This document shows positions 18,905 through 29,216 of a stretch of 58,750 nucleotides of DNA, piece by piece. The translations under genes were made by a program, and so were the position numbers. Origin of the DNA: Planctomycetota bacterium (lineage in GTDB: Bacteria; Planctomycetota; UBA8108; UBA1146); contig JAYZBV010000057.1 in the NCBI GenBank assembly GCA_036338595.1, positions 1-58,750 of the forward strand, in the 5' to 3' direction. Position 1 is the first letter of the stretch. Every line of letters starts with the position of its first letter. Below the pieces are notes generated by a model. The model saw only the letters and a program-made list of their open reading frames with translations. It had not been told where the DNA came from and did not search any database.

Positions 18905-21649
18905 TCAATCGATGTGGATGAACTCGTTCAGATTAAATGTCATCACGCAGAAGACATCGAGAGCCTGTTTTTCATCGAGATCGTACTTGGATCGAAGTTC
19001 CAAGATGAATGCGACATTGTCTCGAATCCGCTCTTCAGTGGGTTTGTGCTGCGTGATGAGGAAAAGGGCCCTGTTGACCTGGGCAGGTAATGATTCGGTC
19101 TCGTTGCGGAGTTGTTGGGCAAAGATCCTCGCCTGATTTCCGGTCAAGTCACTGTTGAGCATCGTCAACGCCTGAGTCGGTTGGACCGTGTTGAAGCGTA
19201 CCGGGCAAGATGAATCGGTATCGGCCATGTCAAAGGCCAGCAGCATCGGATGGAGCAGCGATCTCTTGACGTGAATGTAAAGGCTTCGTCGAGCTGAGTC
19301 CTCGGCACTGGAGCGGCCCCATGCGGCACCGGGACGCGACGAGGTCGCGAGCACCTCGGCGGGCATCGGAGGGTAAACTCCCGGTCCTCCGAGGGTGCGG
19401 TTGAGATTTCCGCTGACGGCCAGTACCGAATCACGCAGTTCCTCGGCCGACAGCCGCCGTCCTCGAAAACGCCACATGTACAGGTTCTCGGGATCTTTCT
19501 GATCCGCAACAGCATCGTAGCGGGAGGACATCTTGAACACGGATGAGGTGACCAGCCGGCGAATCAGTCCCTTGATGCTCCAGCGTTGATCGAGCAGTTC
19601 GAGAGCGACCTGATCGAGCAGTGCCGCATCCTTGGGCGGAAGTCCCAGTTCTCCAAAATCATTGGGAGTCGGAACGATCGGCGCACCGAATAGATGTTGC
19701 CAGATCCGATTGGAGATCACCCGAGCAGTGCGAGGATTCTCTGGATCGGTGATCCAGCGAGCCAATGCGAGCCGACGACCAGATGAGTCTCCGTCTCGTG
19801 GCGATGTGATCAACGCATCGCCACCGCCGAGGATCTCCGGGAAACCGGGCTGGACCTCAGCACCGGGACTGGATGCAGTGCCCCGGATTCGGATGTGGCT
19901 GGTGGGCGGATCTCTCCGTTCCTGCGCCGAGAGAACCTGGACCATCTGGCGATCGGGCCGCTTCAACTGACCGATCCGTTCGATGGCCAGTGCGAGTCGA
20001 TCGCCTTCCGCTTCCCCGAGCCGTTCTGAGACCAGTTGGCGGTGTGCCGGAAGGGCACCCCCGCCGATGTTCAGATCGATCACCTCGAAACCATCGAGAA
20101 CCCGGTTCCAGATGCGAACCTCGTCGAGGTTGCCCTGCAGGGTGTGACGGTCGGGGAACATACGGCCGATGCTCAGACGCTCCGGTGCATCGAGTGCCTG
20201 CTTGCCGCCGGTAGCGGAAGCGACCTGGGCTCCGTCGACCCACAGAACGACATGACCGCTTTCGCGTTCTCTGGTGAAAACGACATGGTGCCACTGACCA
20301 TCGGCCATGCCCCCGGGGCCATGAATGAAGGTCTCCGGCTGGCCCACTCCGGCGCAGACATGCTGGCCGACCAGCGAGATGCCGTAATCGGCGACCACTC
20401 CGCCAATCTCACCGTCGACGAGTCCGGTGCCCCGGAACCAGCGCAGGTCATCGTTGCCTCCGGCTCCTTCATGCTCGGTGCGAAACCACAGGGAGATGGA
20501 GAAATCATCCTGGACCGGTCGGTCGATGAGGATCCGATCATTCTGGTCCAGTTGAAGAGCCTTCCCCCGATAACCCTCGCCACGTTCTGTTTCTCGATCT
20601 TCGGCGATGGATGGGTTCTGCTGTTCGAAGTCGAGATGCAAGACCTGCCCTTGCCAGAGATCTGATCGTGCTACCTCGAGCACCTCTGCACCCCAGCGTT
20701 CTCGGATCTCCTCGTTGAGATGACGAACCTCGGCCAGTCGTTCCGTTCTTTCGCGGCGCCAATCCTCGAGGGAGCGCCCGAAATCATCAGAGCCGAGATC
20801 CATCGGCAACTTGCGGACGAAGTTACCGGTATTGATGCCATTTCCTCCACCGCTCTTGTAGGGCTTCAGGCCCTCGAAGAAGGACAGCATCCGGTAGTAG
20901 TCTCGTGCCGGGATCGGATCGCCCTTGTGATCATGGCAGCGGGCACATCCCATGCTGATGCCAAGCATTGTACGACAGGTGGTATCGAGCATGCCGTCGA
21001 GATCGTCAAACACCGCCTGTAACGGATCAGCCGGTTCGTCATCGCGGATTCCCAGATGAAGGAAGCCGGTCGCCACGTGATGATCGAGACTCTCCTCGTC
21101 CAGTTCGTCTCCAGCGAGTTGCATCGTCAGGAAGCGGTCGTAGGGCATATCGGAGTTGAAGGCTTCCACCACCCAGTCTCTATAGCGCCAGGCCCCCGGC
21201 TTGAGTCGATCCCGTTCATAGCTGTCGGTCTCGGCCCAGCGAACCAGATCGAGCCAGTGACGACCCCAGTGAACACCGAACTGAGGGCTGGCGAGCAACT
21301 GATCGACTCGAGTTTGCCAGCGGTCTGGAGCGGGGTCGGCGAGGTAGCTCTCCACCTGTTCGGGAGTGGGAGGGAGTCCCGTGATGACATAGTGCAATCT
21401 TCTCAGCAGGGTAACTGGTTCGGCCTCGGCTGCGGGTTCGATGCCCAGTTGTTCGAGACGGCTGAGCCAGAAGTGATCGATGTTGCTGTGGGCACGATTC
21501 TTCAGCGCCGCCAGTTCGGGGATCTGGCTCGAGGTGAGGGGGAGATCACACCAGCGGCGGCTTTCGGAATCGTTGTCTCCTCCTGCGGAACCGGAAGAGG
21601 AGAAGATCAGCAACAAGCTGACGAGCAGTCCTGGAACGATCATCCGCAT
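18905..21649 (-). CDS. DUF1549/DUF1553 (PSCyt2/PSD1) planctomycete cytochrome-like protein with LamG-like insert
   Basis: LLRRL...TGLPPT, WGRHWLDLVR, CARCHDHK (CxxCH), GRRLALARWI...NPRTARV; WHHVVFT..LWVDG..GNLDEVRIW LamG; GGAGG RBS before ATG 21649. Confidence 0.9.
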   Translation of the reverse strand: MRMIVPGLLVSLLLIFSSSGSAGGDNDSESRRWCDLPLTSSQIPELAALKNRAHSNIDHFWLSRLEQLGIEPAAEAEPVTLLRRLHYVITGLPPTPEQVESYLADPAPDRWQTRVDQLLASPQFGVHWGRHWLDLVRWAETDSYERDRLKPGAWRYRDWVVEAFNSDMPYDRFLTMQLAGDELDEESLDHHVATGFLHLGIRDDEPADPLQAVFDDLDGMLDTTCRTMLGISMGCARCHDHKGDPIPARDYYRMLSFFEGLKPYKSGGGNGINTGNFVRKLPMDLGSDDFGRSLEDWRRERTERLAEVRHLNEEIRERWGAEVLEVARSDLWQGQVLHLDFEQQNPSIAEDRETERGEGYRGKALQLDQNDRILIDRPVQDDFSISLWFRTEHEGAGGNDDLRWFRGTGLVDGEIGGVVADYGISLVGQHVCAGVGQPETFIHGPGGMADGQWHHVVFTRERESGHVVLWVDGAQVASATGGKQALDAPERLSIGRMFPDRHTLQGNLDEVRIWNRVLDGFEVIDLNIGGGALPAHRQLVSERLGEAEGDRLALAIERIGQLKRPDRQMVQVLSAQERRDPPTSHIRIRGTASSPGAEVQPGFPEILGGGDALITSPRDGDSSGRRLALARWITDPENPRTARVISNRIWQHLFGAPIVPTPNDFGELGLPPKDAALLDQVALELLDQRWSIKGLIRRLVTSSVFKMSSRYDAVADQKDPENLYMWRFRGRRLSAEELRDSVLAVSGNLNRTLGGPGVYPPMPAEVLATSSRPGAAWGRSSAEDSARRSLYIHVKRSLLHPMLLAFDMADTDSSCPVRFNTVQPTQALTMLNSDLTGNQARIFAQQLRNETESLPAQVNRALFLITQHKPTEERIRDNVAFILELRSKYDLDEKQALDVFCVMTFNLNEFIHID

Positions 21650-21751
21650 TATTGTGCGTTCCCTCCCATGAGCCTTGTGAAGCGGCGATGTCGTGCCGAC
21701 CCTCACGATTCCAGGGTACCACGCGATATCGACTCGTAGGAGCGGGGGCCT

Positions 21752-22291
21752 CTAGACGATGACCTCATTCTCGAAGGGGCGAAGGGCCTCGATGATGAAG
21801 CGGATGTGATCATCCATGTCCACTTCCAGCAATTCGATCCCGATCCGCACTTCATCCCTGTCGACCCCCTTGGCGAAGTTCTTGTCCTTGAACTTCTTCT
21901 TGACCGATTTCGGAGCCATGTCCTGCAATCGGTTGGGGCGTAGTCTGGCCACGGCGATCACCAGGCCGGTCAACTCATCACAGGCGAGCAGGGCCTTGTC
22001 GAGCAAGTTTTCGCAGCTGTAACCCCATTTCGTGTAGTGACAATGGATGGCGTGCGCGATCTCCTGCTCACCTTGTTCCTCAAGGATCGCGGTGATGATC
22101 TTCGGATGCTCGTCGGGGTGTTTCTCGTAATCGGCGTCGTGCAGCAAGCCGGTGATGGCCCACTGATCACGATCCTCGCCGAACTTGTCGGCATAGGCTT
22201 CCATGACGATTTCCACCGAACGCACATGTGCGCGCAGTGCGGGGGACTCCATCATCGAATCCAGGATCGATCTCGCTTCTTCTCGATTCAC
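21752..22291 (-). CDS. HD-domain metal-dependent phosphohydrolase
   Basis: H..SVE, GLLHDADYE..P.EH, ACDELTG, KSVKKKFKDK.FA.GVDR. Confidence 0.88.
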   Translation of the reverse strand: MNREEARSILDSMMESPALRAHVRSVEIVMEAYADKFGEDRDQWAITGLLHDADYEKHPDEHPKIITAILEEQGEQEIAHAIHCHYTKWGYSCENLLDKALLACDELTGLVIAVARLRPNRLQDMAPKSVKKKFKDKNFAKGVDRDEVRIGIELLEVDMDDHIRFIIEALRPFENEVIV

Positions 22292-22312
22292 CGACGGACC
22301 TCCACTTCTCGA

Positions 22313-23545
22313 TCAGGTCTGGCAGCTCGCCATCGCAGATTCGATTTCTTCGACTGTTTTCGGGATGGAGCCGGTCAGATTCACTGACCCTGTTGCTGTG
22401 ACCAGGATGTCATCCTCGATGCGAACTCCGAACCCCTCGTCCGGGAGGTAGATACCGGGCTCGATGGTGATGACGGCTCCCTCCGGTACCGTCGGGTCTG
22501 GCTGTACGTCATGTACTTCGAGACCGATCGGGTGGCCGACGCCGTGAGGGTAGTGATCTCCATGGCCAGCGTCCGTGATCACCTTGCGAGATACAGCGTC
22601 GAGCTGAGAGTAAGCGACTCCCGCCTTGACGCTAGCGATGGTGGTCTCGAGAGATTCGAGAACGATCTGGTAGATCTCCTTCTGTCGGCTGGAGAAGATG
22701 CCGCTTGCCGGATAGGTTCGCGTGACATCGGAACCGTAACCACACGCGCCCTTTCCATATCTTGCACCGCTATCGATCACGACCAGATCATTTTCTCCGA
22801 TCGTCTCGCAGTTGGCGCGGTAATGCAGGATGGTGCCGTTGAATCCTGTGCCCACGATGGTTCCGTAGAAAGGGCCCCTGGATCCGTGCTCTCTGTAGCC
22901 GTGTTCTGCCGCTTCCTGAACATCGAATTCCGAAACCCCCGGTTTCAGCATGGCGAGGATCGCACTGTAGCCTTCCTGCGTGATCTCGGCAGATTTCTTG
23001 ATCATGGCGAGTTCATCTTCCGATTTCACGGCACGCAGCCGCCCGATGATGAGACTGCCATCGCCGATCTGAAATCCAGGGATTCGCTGCTGCAGTTTTT
23101 GAAGGACCTCGAGATCGGGGCCCACCGGGCTGTCATGATTGGCGATCGGATGCAGGCACATCGATTTTTTCGATTTCTTGCAGCACTGCAGGAGCACGTT
23201 TGCGAAGTGAGTGGTTCGCATGACAGTCTTGAAGCCAAATTTTTCCTTGAGCTTTGTATCGATCGGCCCACGCCAACCATCCCATCGTTCCACCTCGGGC
23301 TGGTGAGGCGATAGAAACAGGATCTGCTGACGGATCTTCTGGGGAGCGCCAGGATCGAGCAATAGTATGGCACCCGGTTCGTCGACGATCCCTGTCAGGT
23401 ACTCGAAGTTCAGATCTGGACGAAAGTCCTCCTCGAGTCCTCCACCGCTTCCGGCAAGAACCAGTGCCGTGCAGCCATCCAGTTCGGCGAGAACTCGTTG
23501 GCGGCGGTCGGCATGTTCCTCTGGCGTGATAGCAGGCTGGTTCAT
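22313..23545 (-). CDS. pepP: Xaa-Pro aminopeptidase (M24B)
   Basis: NFEYLTG N-domain; LR.VKS..E; metal ligands D, D (SDVTRT), H (HGVGH.IGLEVHD), E (TIEPGIY), E (VRIEDD). Confidence 0.88.
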   Translation of the reverse strand: MNQPAITPEEHADRRQRVLAELDGCTALVLAGSGGGLEEDFRPDLNFEYLTGIVDEPGAILLLDPGAPQKIRQQILFLSPHQPEVERWDGWRGPIDTKLKEKFGFKTVMRTTHFANVLLQCCKKSKKSMCLHPIANHDSPVGPDLEVLQKLQQRIPGFQIGDGSLIIGRLRAVKSEDELAMIKKSAEITQEGYSAILAMLKPGVSEFDVQEAAEHGYREHGSRGPFYGTIVGTGFNGTILHYRANCETIGENDLVVIDSGARYGKGACGYGSDVTRTYPASGIFSSRQKEIYQIVLESLETTIASVKAGVAYSQLDAVSRKVITDAGHGDHYPHGVGHPIGLEVHDVQPDPTVPEGAVITIEPGIYLPDEGFGVRIEDDILVTATGSVNLTGSIPKTVEEIESAMASCQT

Positions 23546-23831
23546 CGGGTCGCCTCCGGGTCTTCTCTGATGCTGCCTGGTGTGTTCAGTTCACGGGTAT
23601 CCGCACTGAAGGAGCAAGATTGTCCTGTATGGCGGGAACGATGGGAAGAGACCGGATCTGGTGCGTTGTTGTGGAGTTGACTCTTGCATGGATGAAAGGG
23701 AGAATTGCGATGTGAACCGCGCTGCCACACTTGAAGTTGTGGCATGGAAGCTGAAATTCAGGACGCTCGATGGGCTGATCTCCATCCCGAAGTGATCCTG
23801 ATGCGTGCGAAATTTCGCTTACAGGAGTTTC

Positions 23832-26741
23832 ATGAGATCAGGTGCATTGCTACTTCTACTGCCGCTCGTGGTCGTGATGGCTGGAGCGACTCCGGTCGCT
23901 GCCCAGGTCGGTAACCTGATCGTCGAGCCGTACCTGCAATCGCCCGCTCCGACCTCGATGGTGGTGGGGTGGGAGACTGCGGCGGGCAATGGCAGCGAGG
24001 TGGAGTATGGTCTCGATGCTTCTCTGGGACAGTCCGCAACGGGAAGCAGCATCGCCAGCGGTGGCGGCGCCTTCATCCACCATGTGCAGTTGACCGCACT
24101 CAGCCCAGATACGCGTTACTACTACAGGGTGATCACCGGCACTACCGTCAGCGCTACTCATTTCTTCAGGACGCCGCCTCCCTTGACCGAGGAACTTCCG
24201 TTTCACTTCATCGCCTATTCCGATTGCCAGTACGGCAGTAACGGCGTCAAGCATCAGGAAGTGATCAATGAGGGTGTGATCCCCTTCTGTTCCCAGCAGT
24301 TCGGAGTCCCCATCGATGAGAGCCTTTCCTTCTCGCTGGTGCCTGGCGATCTTGTCTCGACAGGATCGAATCACTCTCACTGGCAGGACCATTTCTTTTC
24401 CCAGGCAAAACTTCTCTATAGACATGTTCCGCTGATTCCTGCACTGGGAAATCATGAGGCAGACGCCCAGTATTATTTCGATTACCTGCAATTACCCACC
24501 AACGGCACGCCAGGTTACGAGGAGCACTGGCATTACCACGACCACCAGAATGTCAGGGTCATCACCCTCGATACCAATCCCGCCTACCGGATTCAGGCGC
24601 AGATCGACTGGCTGGCGCTGGTTCTCGAAGATGCGGTGCAAGATGATTCCATCGACTTCGTCTTTGCCCAGTTTCATCACCCTCACAAGTCGGAAATCTG
24701 GACACCGGGTGAGACCACCTTCAGCACCCAGGTGGTCAGCATGGTCGAGCAGTTCAGCACAGTGACCGGCAAGCCATCGATCCACTTCTTCGGCCACACT
24801 CACGGGTATTCCCGAGGGCAGAGTCGAGATCACCAGCACACGATGGTCAATGTGGCCAGCGCCATGGGGTCGCTTGACTACTGGGGCCTCTATCCCAACG
24901 CCGATTACGAGGAGTTCGAGTTCAGCGTTCCGGAGTGGGGATTCGTGCTGATGGATGTGGAGGCGGGGGCCGACCCGTCCTTCCGATTGCGCCGGGTCAG
25001 CCGCGGTAACGATTACATCTTTCGCAACAATGAGGTCATCGATGACATCACCGTGCGTCGCTACAACCTGGCCCCTGAAACTCCGGTGGCACTCTTTCCC
25101 GGACCGACTTCAGGGACGGTCCTGGGAGATGATGTGACTCTGACCGCCAGTACCTACCTCGACGCAGATGGCGATGCCCACATCGAGAGTCAGTGGCAGG
25201 TGACGACGATCTCGGGAGATTACAGCGATCCGGTGGTGGACGAGTGGCGACGCTTTCAGAACTGGTACCGGACACCGGCGGTCGATCCAGGCATCAGCAT
25301 CGACACCGTGACTGATCCCGACATGACTCATGTTTGCCTGGAAACACCCCTTCCCGGCTGCGTCACCGTCTACTGGCGAGTTCGTTACCGGGATCGCAGT
25401 CTCGGCTGGAGTGAATGGTCGCTGGAGGAGTCGTTTCAGGTCGGCAACTCCAGTGCCGGAGCCACCGCTCCGGTGCCACCCGACGCTGCCACCCATGTTT
25501 CCTATTCACCGCTATTGCAGTGGTTCCCCTGTGACCCGGGCGACTCCTACGATGTGTACCTGGGCAGCAGCCCAACCCTGGGTGCCGGCGACTTCCAGGG
25601 CAATCAACTGACGACCACTTTCGATCCCGGTCTCCTCGATGAGATGACCGTCTACTTCTGGCGCATCGATTCGCATCTCGGCACCCAGGTGACCGAGGGT
25701 CCGACGTGGAGTTTCACCACCGATCTGAGTTATCCGACCCGGTTCACCGCCGAATGGAGATTCGATGATGCGTTGCCCGACGATGACCAGGCGCTGGTGG
25801 CGCAACTGGGCACATCGGTGATGACGCCACGAGGGATGTTTCACGATGTGGAGTGGGGAACCGGAATCAGCGATGGCACCGAGGTACCCCACATCGATCA
25901 GCAACCGGTGGACTACCTCTGGCTCGACAACGTCTTCGGATCGGGGCGAGGTCTCGAGACCTTCTTCAACGCACCCGGCAATGGTGGGGGAGGTTGCTGT
26001 GACGCCTATCACTTCACGCTGATCTTCGATGTGTTTCTCGATAGCAGCCAGACCCAGTTGCAGGCTCTCTGGCAGGGCAACGCTTCCAATAGCAATGATG
26101 CGGAGTTGTTTCTCCGATGTAGCGATGGAGCCTTCTATAACTCGGGAAATGGATATGTCGGTGCGGGCTCCTGGAACCTCGGAGAGTGGGTTCGCATCGC
26201 CCATCGCGTCGACTACCAGAACAACACCTCGGCGCTGTTCGTCAACGGTGTCAAGGTACTGGGAGATGATGTACTGGCCGCCCCCGACTGGCTCTACTCG
26301 CAAGGAAGCGGCCTGCCCGTCTGGATGCTGAGCGACAACGGGCCCGATTCCGATGTGTCACTGGTGCGCTGCGCCAACCTCGCCATCGTCGATGCGCGGA
26401 TGGGAGACGAGGCGATCGCGGCACTTGGTGGTCCCGATGCTGCGGGCATCTTTGTCGATGATCCGATCGAGCAGTTTGTCCGCGGCGATGCCAATGGCGA
26501 CGGTTCCCTCGATATCTCGGATCCGGTCGGGATGCTCACCTATATGTTCGGAGGAGGAGTCAGCAGCTGTCTCGATTCCATCGACGCCAACGATGACGGA
26601 TCGATCGACATCTCCGATCCGGTCTACCTGCTCGGGTTCCTCTTCAGCGGCGGCAATCCGCCTACGGCTCCCTTCCCCGTCTGTGGACCAGACCCCACAA
26701 CGGACGGGCTGGACTGCATCGGCCTGAGCGGTTGCCCCTGA
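23832..26741 (+). CDS. Secreted metallophosphoesterase (PAP-type FN3 + calcineurin-like), further FN3 and LamG-like domains, dockerin-like tail
   Basis: Signal peptide; EPYLQ; SDCQ, GDLV, GNHE, HHPH, GHTH; YWRVRY and YFWRID FN3 ends; FVRGDAN..DANDDG tail. Start 23805 or 23832. Confidence 0.85.
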   Translation: MRSGALLLLLPLVVVMAGATPVAAQVGNLIVEPYLQSPAPTSMVVGWETAAGNGSEVEYGLDASLGQSATGSSIASGGGAFIHHVQLTALSPDTRYYYRVITGTTVSATHFFRTPPPLTEELPFHFIAYSDCQYGSNGVKHQEVINEGVIPFCSQQFGVPIDESLSFSLVPGDLVSTGSNHSHWQDHFFSQAKLLYRHVPLIPALGNHEADAQYYFDYLQLPTNGTPGYEEHWHYHDHQNVRVITLDTNPAYRIQAQIDWLALVLEDAVQDDSIDFVFAQFHHPHKSEIWTPGETTFSTQVVSMVEQFSTVTGKPSIHFFGHTHGYSRGQSRDHQHTMVNVASAMGSLDYWGLYPNADYEEFEFSVPEWGFVLMDVEAGADPSFRLRRVSRGNDYIFRNNEVIDDITVRRYNLAPETPVALFPGPTSGTVLGDDVTLTASTYLDADGDAHIESQWQVTTISGDYSDPVVDEWRRFQNWYRTPAVDPGISIDTVTDPDMTHVCLETPLPGCVTVYWRVRYRDRSLGWSEWSLEESFQVGNSSAGATAPVPPDAATHVSYSPLLQWFPCDPGDSYDVYLGSSPTLGAGDFQGNQLTTTFDPGLLDEMTVYFWRIDSHLGTQVTEGPTWSFTTDLSYPTRFTAEWRFDDALPDDDQALVAQLGTSVMTPRGMFHDVEWGTGISDGTEVPHIDQQPVDYLWLDNVFGSGRGLETFFNAPGNGGGGCCDAYHFTLIFDVFLDSSQTQLQALWQGNASNSNDAELFLRCSDGAFYNSGNGYVGAGSWNLGEWVRIAHRVDYQNNTSALFVNGVKVLGDDVLAAPDWLYSQGSGLPVWMLSDNGPDSDVSLVRCANLAIVDARMGDEAIAALGGPDAAGIFVDDPIEQFVRGDANGDGSLDISDPVGMLTYMFGGGVSSCLDSIDANDDGSIDISDPVYLLGFLFSGGNPPTAPFPVCGPDPTTDGLDCIGLSGCP

Positions 26742-26750
26742 TCGAAAACC

Positions 26751-27590
26751 CTATCGATCGTTGTCCAATCTGTAAAAGCGACGCGCATTTTCGCCCTCGA
26801 TAGCGGCTCGTTCCGTCGGCGATAGGGTCGCGAGGTACGGTTCGATGAGGCTTTTGACCTGTGGGTACTCCGCAGCCAGTCGGCACACCGGCCAGTCACT
26901 GCCCAGCATCAACCGGTCTGGCCCGAACGCCTCGATGGCGCTTTCGATGTAGGGGGCCACATCGGCAGCGGTCCATTCGAGCCAGTTGGCCTCGGTCACG
27001 ATGCCGGAGAGCTTGCACATCAGATGGGGAGCCCGGGCCAGTTCCTGGATCTGACTCGACCACGGTTCCAGCACTGCGTCTGCGATTCTCGGCTTGGCGA
27101 TGTGATCGAGCACCATCGGAACATCGGGTAACGCCCGCACGAAATCGATGGCCGCAGGGAGCTGGCGCTCGTAAATGAGCAGATCAAAGGTCAGCTTTCT
27201 CGCCGGCAGTGACTTCACCCCACGGCGGAAGGCGACTCCATCGAGAAAGCGATCATCCGGTTCATCCTGGACGATGTGACGCACTCCGACCGCTCTGGAG
27301 TGCTGGCACAACTGATCGAGCTGGGATTCTATCTGATCGGACTGAAGGTCGACCCAACCGACCACTCCCAGGATCCAGGGGTGATCTGCAGCGAGACCGA
27401 GAAGGAAGTCATTTTCTCGCCAGGAAGAATCGGCCTGGACTGCCACGCAGCCGTCGATCTGCTGTGCTTGCAGCAGCGGTAGCAACTGATCCGGCAGGTA
27501 GTCGCGTTGCAGGATTTGCATCCGGTGGTCCATCCAGGTGTGGATGGCCGGGTCGTGGCGCCAGAAATGCTGGTGGGCATCGATCTTCAA
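26751..27590 (-). CDS. Amidohydrolase_2 family, L-fucono-1,5-lactonase-like
   Basis: IDAHQHFW, VAVQA, GVRHIVQDEPD, LDHIAKP, CKLSG, GSDWPVC. Confidence 0.85.
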   Translation of the reverse strand: MKIDAHQHFWRHDPAIHTWMDHRMQILQRDYLPDQLLPLLQAQQIDGCVAVQADSSWRENDFLLGLAADHPWILGVVGWVDLQSDQIESQLDQLCQHSRAVGVRHIVQDEPDDRFLDGVAFRRGVKSLPARKLTFDLLIYERQLPAAIDFVRALPDVPMVLDHIAKPRIADAVLEPWSSQIQELARAPHLMCKLSGIVTEANWLEWTAADVAPYIESAIEAFGPDRLMLGSDWPVCRLAAEYPQVKSLIEPYLATLSPTERAAIEGENARRFYRLDNDR

Positions 27591-27662
27591 GGCAGATCCC
27601 TTCCGTCCGAGATCTTCACCTGCTTCCAGGTTGCCGTCGAGAGGCGCGTCTTGATGAAGTGA

Positions 27663-28940
27663 ATGGAAATCGACACACTGATGCTACGGAGGTTGCTGAT
27701 GAAGTCCAAAAAGCATCTGGTCTGGGTCGCGGGAGTGCTGGCGCTGATCGCAGCCTGGACCAGCGGCTCGCTACTGCTACTCCATGCCGAGAAAGATGCC
27801 GACCTTGGACTGCTGGCAGCGATCTGCTCCGCAACCGAGGACGGCTGCGCCTCGGTGGTCAACAGTCGCTGGGGAGTGTTGCCTCCGGGGGATAAGGGGT
27901 CTGATGGACCCCACGATGGTTTTCCGGTCGCAGCACTGGGTTTTCTCTACTATGCGCTTCTGGCGAGCTGGTACCTGCTGATCGGTATTCCCGACCCGGG
28001 GCGAATGTGGTTGTCTCGGATGGTGCTCTACCTCAACGCCCTCGGTGTCGTGGGGTCGATCATCTACACCGCACTCATCTTCTTTGCCATCGGAACGGCC
28101 TGTTTTCTGTGCCTTCTCACGCACGCCTGCAATATCGGGATTTTCATCGTCTCGTGGTTATTGAGGCCGAGGCAAAAAGAGCCCCGTGGTGGCGGATCGC
28201 CTTCGAATCGGTTGCTGGCGGCGAGTGCAGCGACGCTGCTGCTGGCATGCGTGGCCCAGTGGGGGGTCTTCGAGGCTGGCCAGGAGCGCGCCCGGTTCCA
28301 GTCACTGGAAGAGGAAGTTCTCGAACTGAGGGTATTCGCCAGCGATGTTGAAAAAGTGGAGACGGTGCACCGGATCCAGAAAAAGAACGACATCGAAGTT
28401 CGAAGCGATGATCCCACCATCGATGCTGTGGGTGGGTTGCACTACGGACTGGTGATCTTTTCCGATGTGGAGTGTCCCAATTGCGCGCGCTTCGATGAAT
28501 ATCTCAAGCAGACGATTCTTCCCATCTGGAGCGGCCATCTGAAGGTGATCTGGAAGCACTACCCCAACACCTCCGAGCATCCGAATTCGATGCAGGGAGC
28601 CAGAGCACTCGAAGCTGCGCGATTACAGGGCAAGTTCTGGCAGTTGAGGGACTGGCTGCTGCCGCGGCGCGAATCGCTGGGGGTCGTCAACTGGAGCCAG
28701 GCGGCCACCGAACTGGCGATGGATCCCGATCGATTCCTGAAGGATATGCAAAGTGCCCAGGTCACGAGGAGAATCGGGCAGGATATTTCTCTGGCTCGCA
28801 AGTTAGGGGTCAAGGGCACGCCTGGCGTCTACCTCAATGGGCGCCTGGTGAGCCGACTGATGCGACGCAGTGCCGGGTTCTGGGAGCTCCAGAGCGACAG
28901 TTTGAGGGAGATCCGCGACAGTCGAGGCCAGGATTGGTGA
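27663..28940 (+). CDS. VKOR (vitamin K epoxide reductase-like) - DsbA/thioredoxin fusion
   Basis: C(SATEDG)C..V..S.W loop, TM helices, CFLC redox motif; C-terminal FSDVECPNC, WKHYP, GVKGTP. Start may be 27681 or 27699. Confidence 0.85.
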   Translation: MEIDTLMLRRLLMKSKKHLVWVAGVLALIAAWTSGSLLLLHAEKDADLGLLAAICSATEDGCASVVNSRWGVLPPGDKGSDGPHDGFPVAALGFLYYALLASWYLLIGIPDPGRMWLSRMVLYLNALGVVGSIIYTALIFFAIGTACFLCLLTHACNIGIFIVSWLLRPRQKEPRGGGSPSNRLLAASAATLLLACVAQWGVFEAGQERARFQSLEEEVLELRVFASDVEKVETVHRIQKKNDIEVRSDDPTIDAVGGLHYGLVIFSDVECPNCARFDEYLKQTILPIWSGHLKVIWKHYPNTSEHPNSMQGARALEAARLQGKFWQLRDWLLPRRESLGVVNWSQAATELAMDPDRFLKDMQSAQVTRRIGQDISLARKLGVKGTPGVYLNGRLVSRLMRRSAGFWELQSDSLREIRDSRGQDW

Positions 28941-29216
28941 TGGAGAGTGCCCTCGTTCAGGATAGACACATTCTCTGAATCGGCTCCGCGTTGAGGCGCT
29001 GCGAGGATGACGGTATCCTGGAGTATTGGGTCGGGGGTGTCGTGATCCTGTCAGGCAGGATCTGTCTTCCTACTCGATGAAAATGCTCGCCGTAGTCTGT
29101 GATGGTATTCAAGGGGTTGAATTCCGGATATTCCACTGCATCCCGCGCCAGGGGCTGAAATTCTCTGGCAAACAACGGTGGATGAGCGGCGCTCAATGCC
29201 AGGAAGAGGTGTGTCG

